From Marinobacter sp. (GTDB taxonomy: Bacteria > Pseudomonadota > Gammaproteobacteria > Pseudomonadales > Oleiphilaceae): a stretch of 46,235 bases of DNA. Location of the stretch: contig JBPEXK010000356.1 in assembly GCA_052031745.1 (NCBI GenBank), positions 1 to 46,235 of the forward strand. Direction: 5' to 3'. The notes under the pieces are model-generated. The model was not told the origin of the DNA. It saw only the letters and a list, made by a program, of their open reading frames with translations, and ran no database searches. Position numbers and translations under genes: made by a program. Shown piece after piece: positions 46,101-46,235 of the stretch. The first letter of the stretch is position 1; every line of letters starts with the position of its first letter.

Positions 46101-46235
46101 AAACCCAGCAACTGCAGGACCAACTCGAGGGTAAAGCAGAGGCGGCTTTGGCGACGGCCACCAGCGACACCCGGTCCAGTGAGCCGGCGGGCGAATACCC
46201 TGACTGGCAATTCGGGGCCTTGCCGGAGCAGGTCC
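43112..46235 (+). CDS. hrpA: ATP-dependent RNA helicase HrpA (truncated by window end)
   Basis: Not in the ORF track. Manual translation from ATG 43112 gives LPVSER, IAGETGSGKTTQIPK, HTQPRRIAA, MTDGILL, IIDEAHERSLN, TSAT, VFLPGEREI, STNVAETSLTVPGI, QRAGRCGR and PEILRTNL. About 1041 codons lie in the window. Confidence 0.96.
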   Translation, partial: MTNSTSDRPSAEQTQPDGKAAVKAMMAQLELCNQLEAARIVKAVARTKGNPGQKDLEKMARWLDHGLEKVQLRQASHKPASFPDGLPVSERVEDIQAAIENHQVVIIAGETGSGKTTQIPKICMNAGRGIRGVIGHTQPRRIAARSVATRIAEELGEQTGQQVGYQVRFTDTTSEQSRVKVMTDGILLAEIQHDRFLDRYDTLIIDEAHERSLNIDFILGYLRQLLPKRPDLKVIITSATIEVERFSEFFDQAPVIEVSGRTYPVDVRYRPLTGDDDDRDQGWSDGVIAALEEIEQHERSEKQPPGDVLVFLPGEREIRNLSKVLRHVDLKHTEVLPLYSRLSNQEQNRVFQSHRGRRIVLSTNVAETSLTVPGIRYVIDTGVARISRYSVRSKIQRLPIEPISQASANQRAGRCGRVAPGICFRLYDETDFINRPEYTDPEILRTNLASVILQMATSGLGEIRNFPFLEAPDRRQVNDGYKLLEELSAVDEKRRVTKLGRTMARLPLDPRLARMLVTAADKGSLAETLIIIAGLSVQDPRERPQDKQQAADQAHAPFNDKESDFATLLNIWNFYEEQRQELSQNQLKKLCQKSFLSWMRMREWRDIHRQLTLICRDQKLAFNKEAASYEALHQAILAGLLGQVAVKVEKKEYLATRNRKVMIFPGSKVAKTGPKWIVATEIVETSRVFARMVAAIQPEWIEPLAGHVVKHNYFEPHWEQKRAQVMGYEKVTLYGLDVVPKRRIAYAKVDPAECRNLFIRRALVEGDYRSRAPFIARNREMLDTVENLERKTRRRDLLVDDEALVAFYDERLPADIVSGRHFETWWKSLSADELKNMELTEADILQRPVDAQAGELYPDFLEWEGVRYPLSYEFEPTSERDGVTLQVPLMALKQIPARRLEWLVPGLLREKCVALVKGLPKSLRRNFVPVPDFVDAALANLQPSNEPLALQLGEQLRRMTGVRIDPEAWPEQELPRHLRMNLRVLGDGGNVMAEGRETQQLQDQLEGKAEAALATATSDTRSSEPAGEYPDWQFGALPEQV

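Noticed and set aside
44219-46210. 663-aa minus-strand ORF (and 43214-44173)
   Set aside because: Antisense shadow of hrpA, which carries the DEAH helicase motifs on the plus strand. The shadow protein has no recognisable motifs.
1-46235. Mobile elements, tRNA, rRNA, CRISPR arrays
   Set aside because: By eye I saw no transposase or integrase motifs, tRNA cloverleaf, rRNA segment or repeat-spacer array. A tRNAscan/ISEScan run would be needed to exclude them fully.

Overview
A GC-rich gammaproteobacterial chromosome segment; gene content and order look Marinobacter-like, which is an inference. The left ~20 kb is an accessory cell-surface locus. It opens with a large hybrid NRPS-PKS gene that runs off the window start and was missed by the ORF track (A-T-KS-AT-ACP, with a probable class-III aminotransferase just beyond the edge). 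A divergent tailoring operon follows (GNAT, two JmjC/cupin 2OG oxygenases, CelD-like GNAT, formyltransferase). That operon ends 1 bp from the PEP-CTERM/exosortase A module (prsK-prsR-prsT-xrtA/epsI), which is preceded by an acyltransferase/atypical-SDR pair. The middle is core genome: hexose-6-P mutarotase, PHD-like oxygenase, SRP RNA, dnaX-ybaB-recR-rnd-ycgL-ycgN and a vWA/MoxR/vWA cluster. Positions 32.0-40.5 kb hold a nine-gene TPR/ExbB/ExbD/ExbD/TonB-like operon resembling the Agl-Glt core of the Myxococcus gliding machinery, with no outer-membrane partner in the window. The right end carries a MaoC hydratase, fadD and hrpA (truncated by the window end). The best candidates for undescribed biology are the NRPS-PKS plus tailoring enzymes attached to the exosortase locus, and the orphan Agl-Glt-like motor. 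Family assignments come from motif recognition by eye; no database searches were run.
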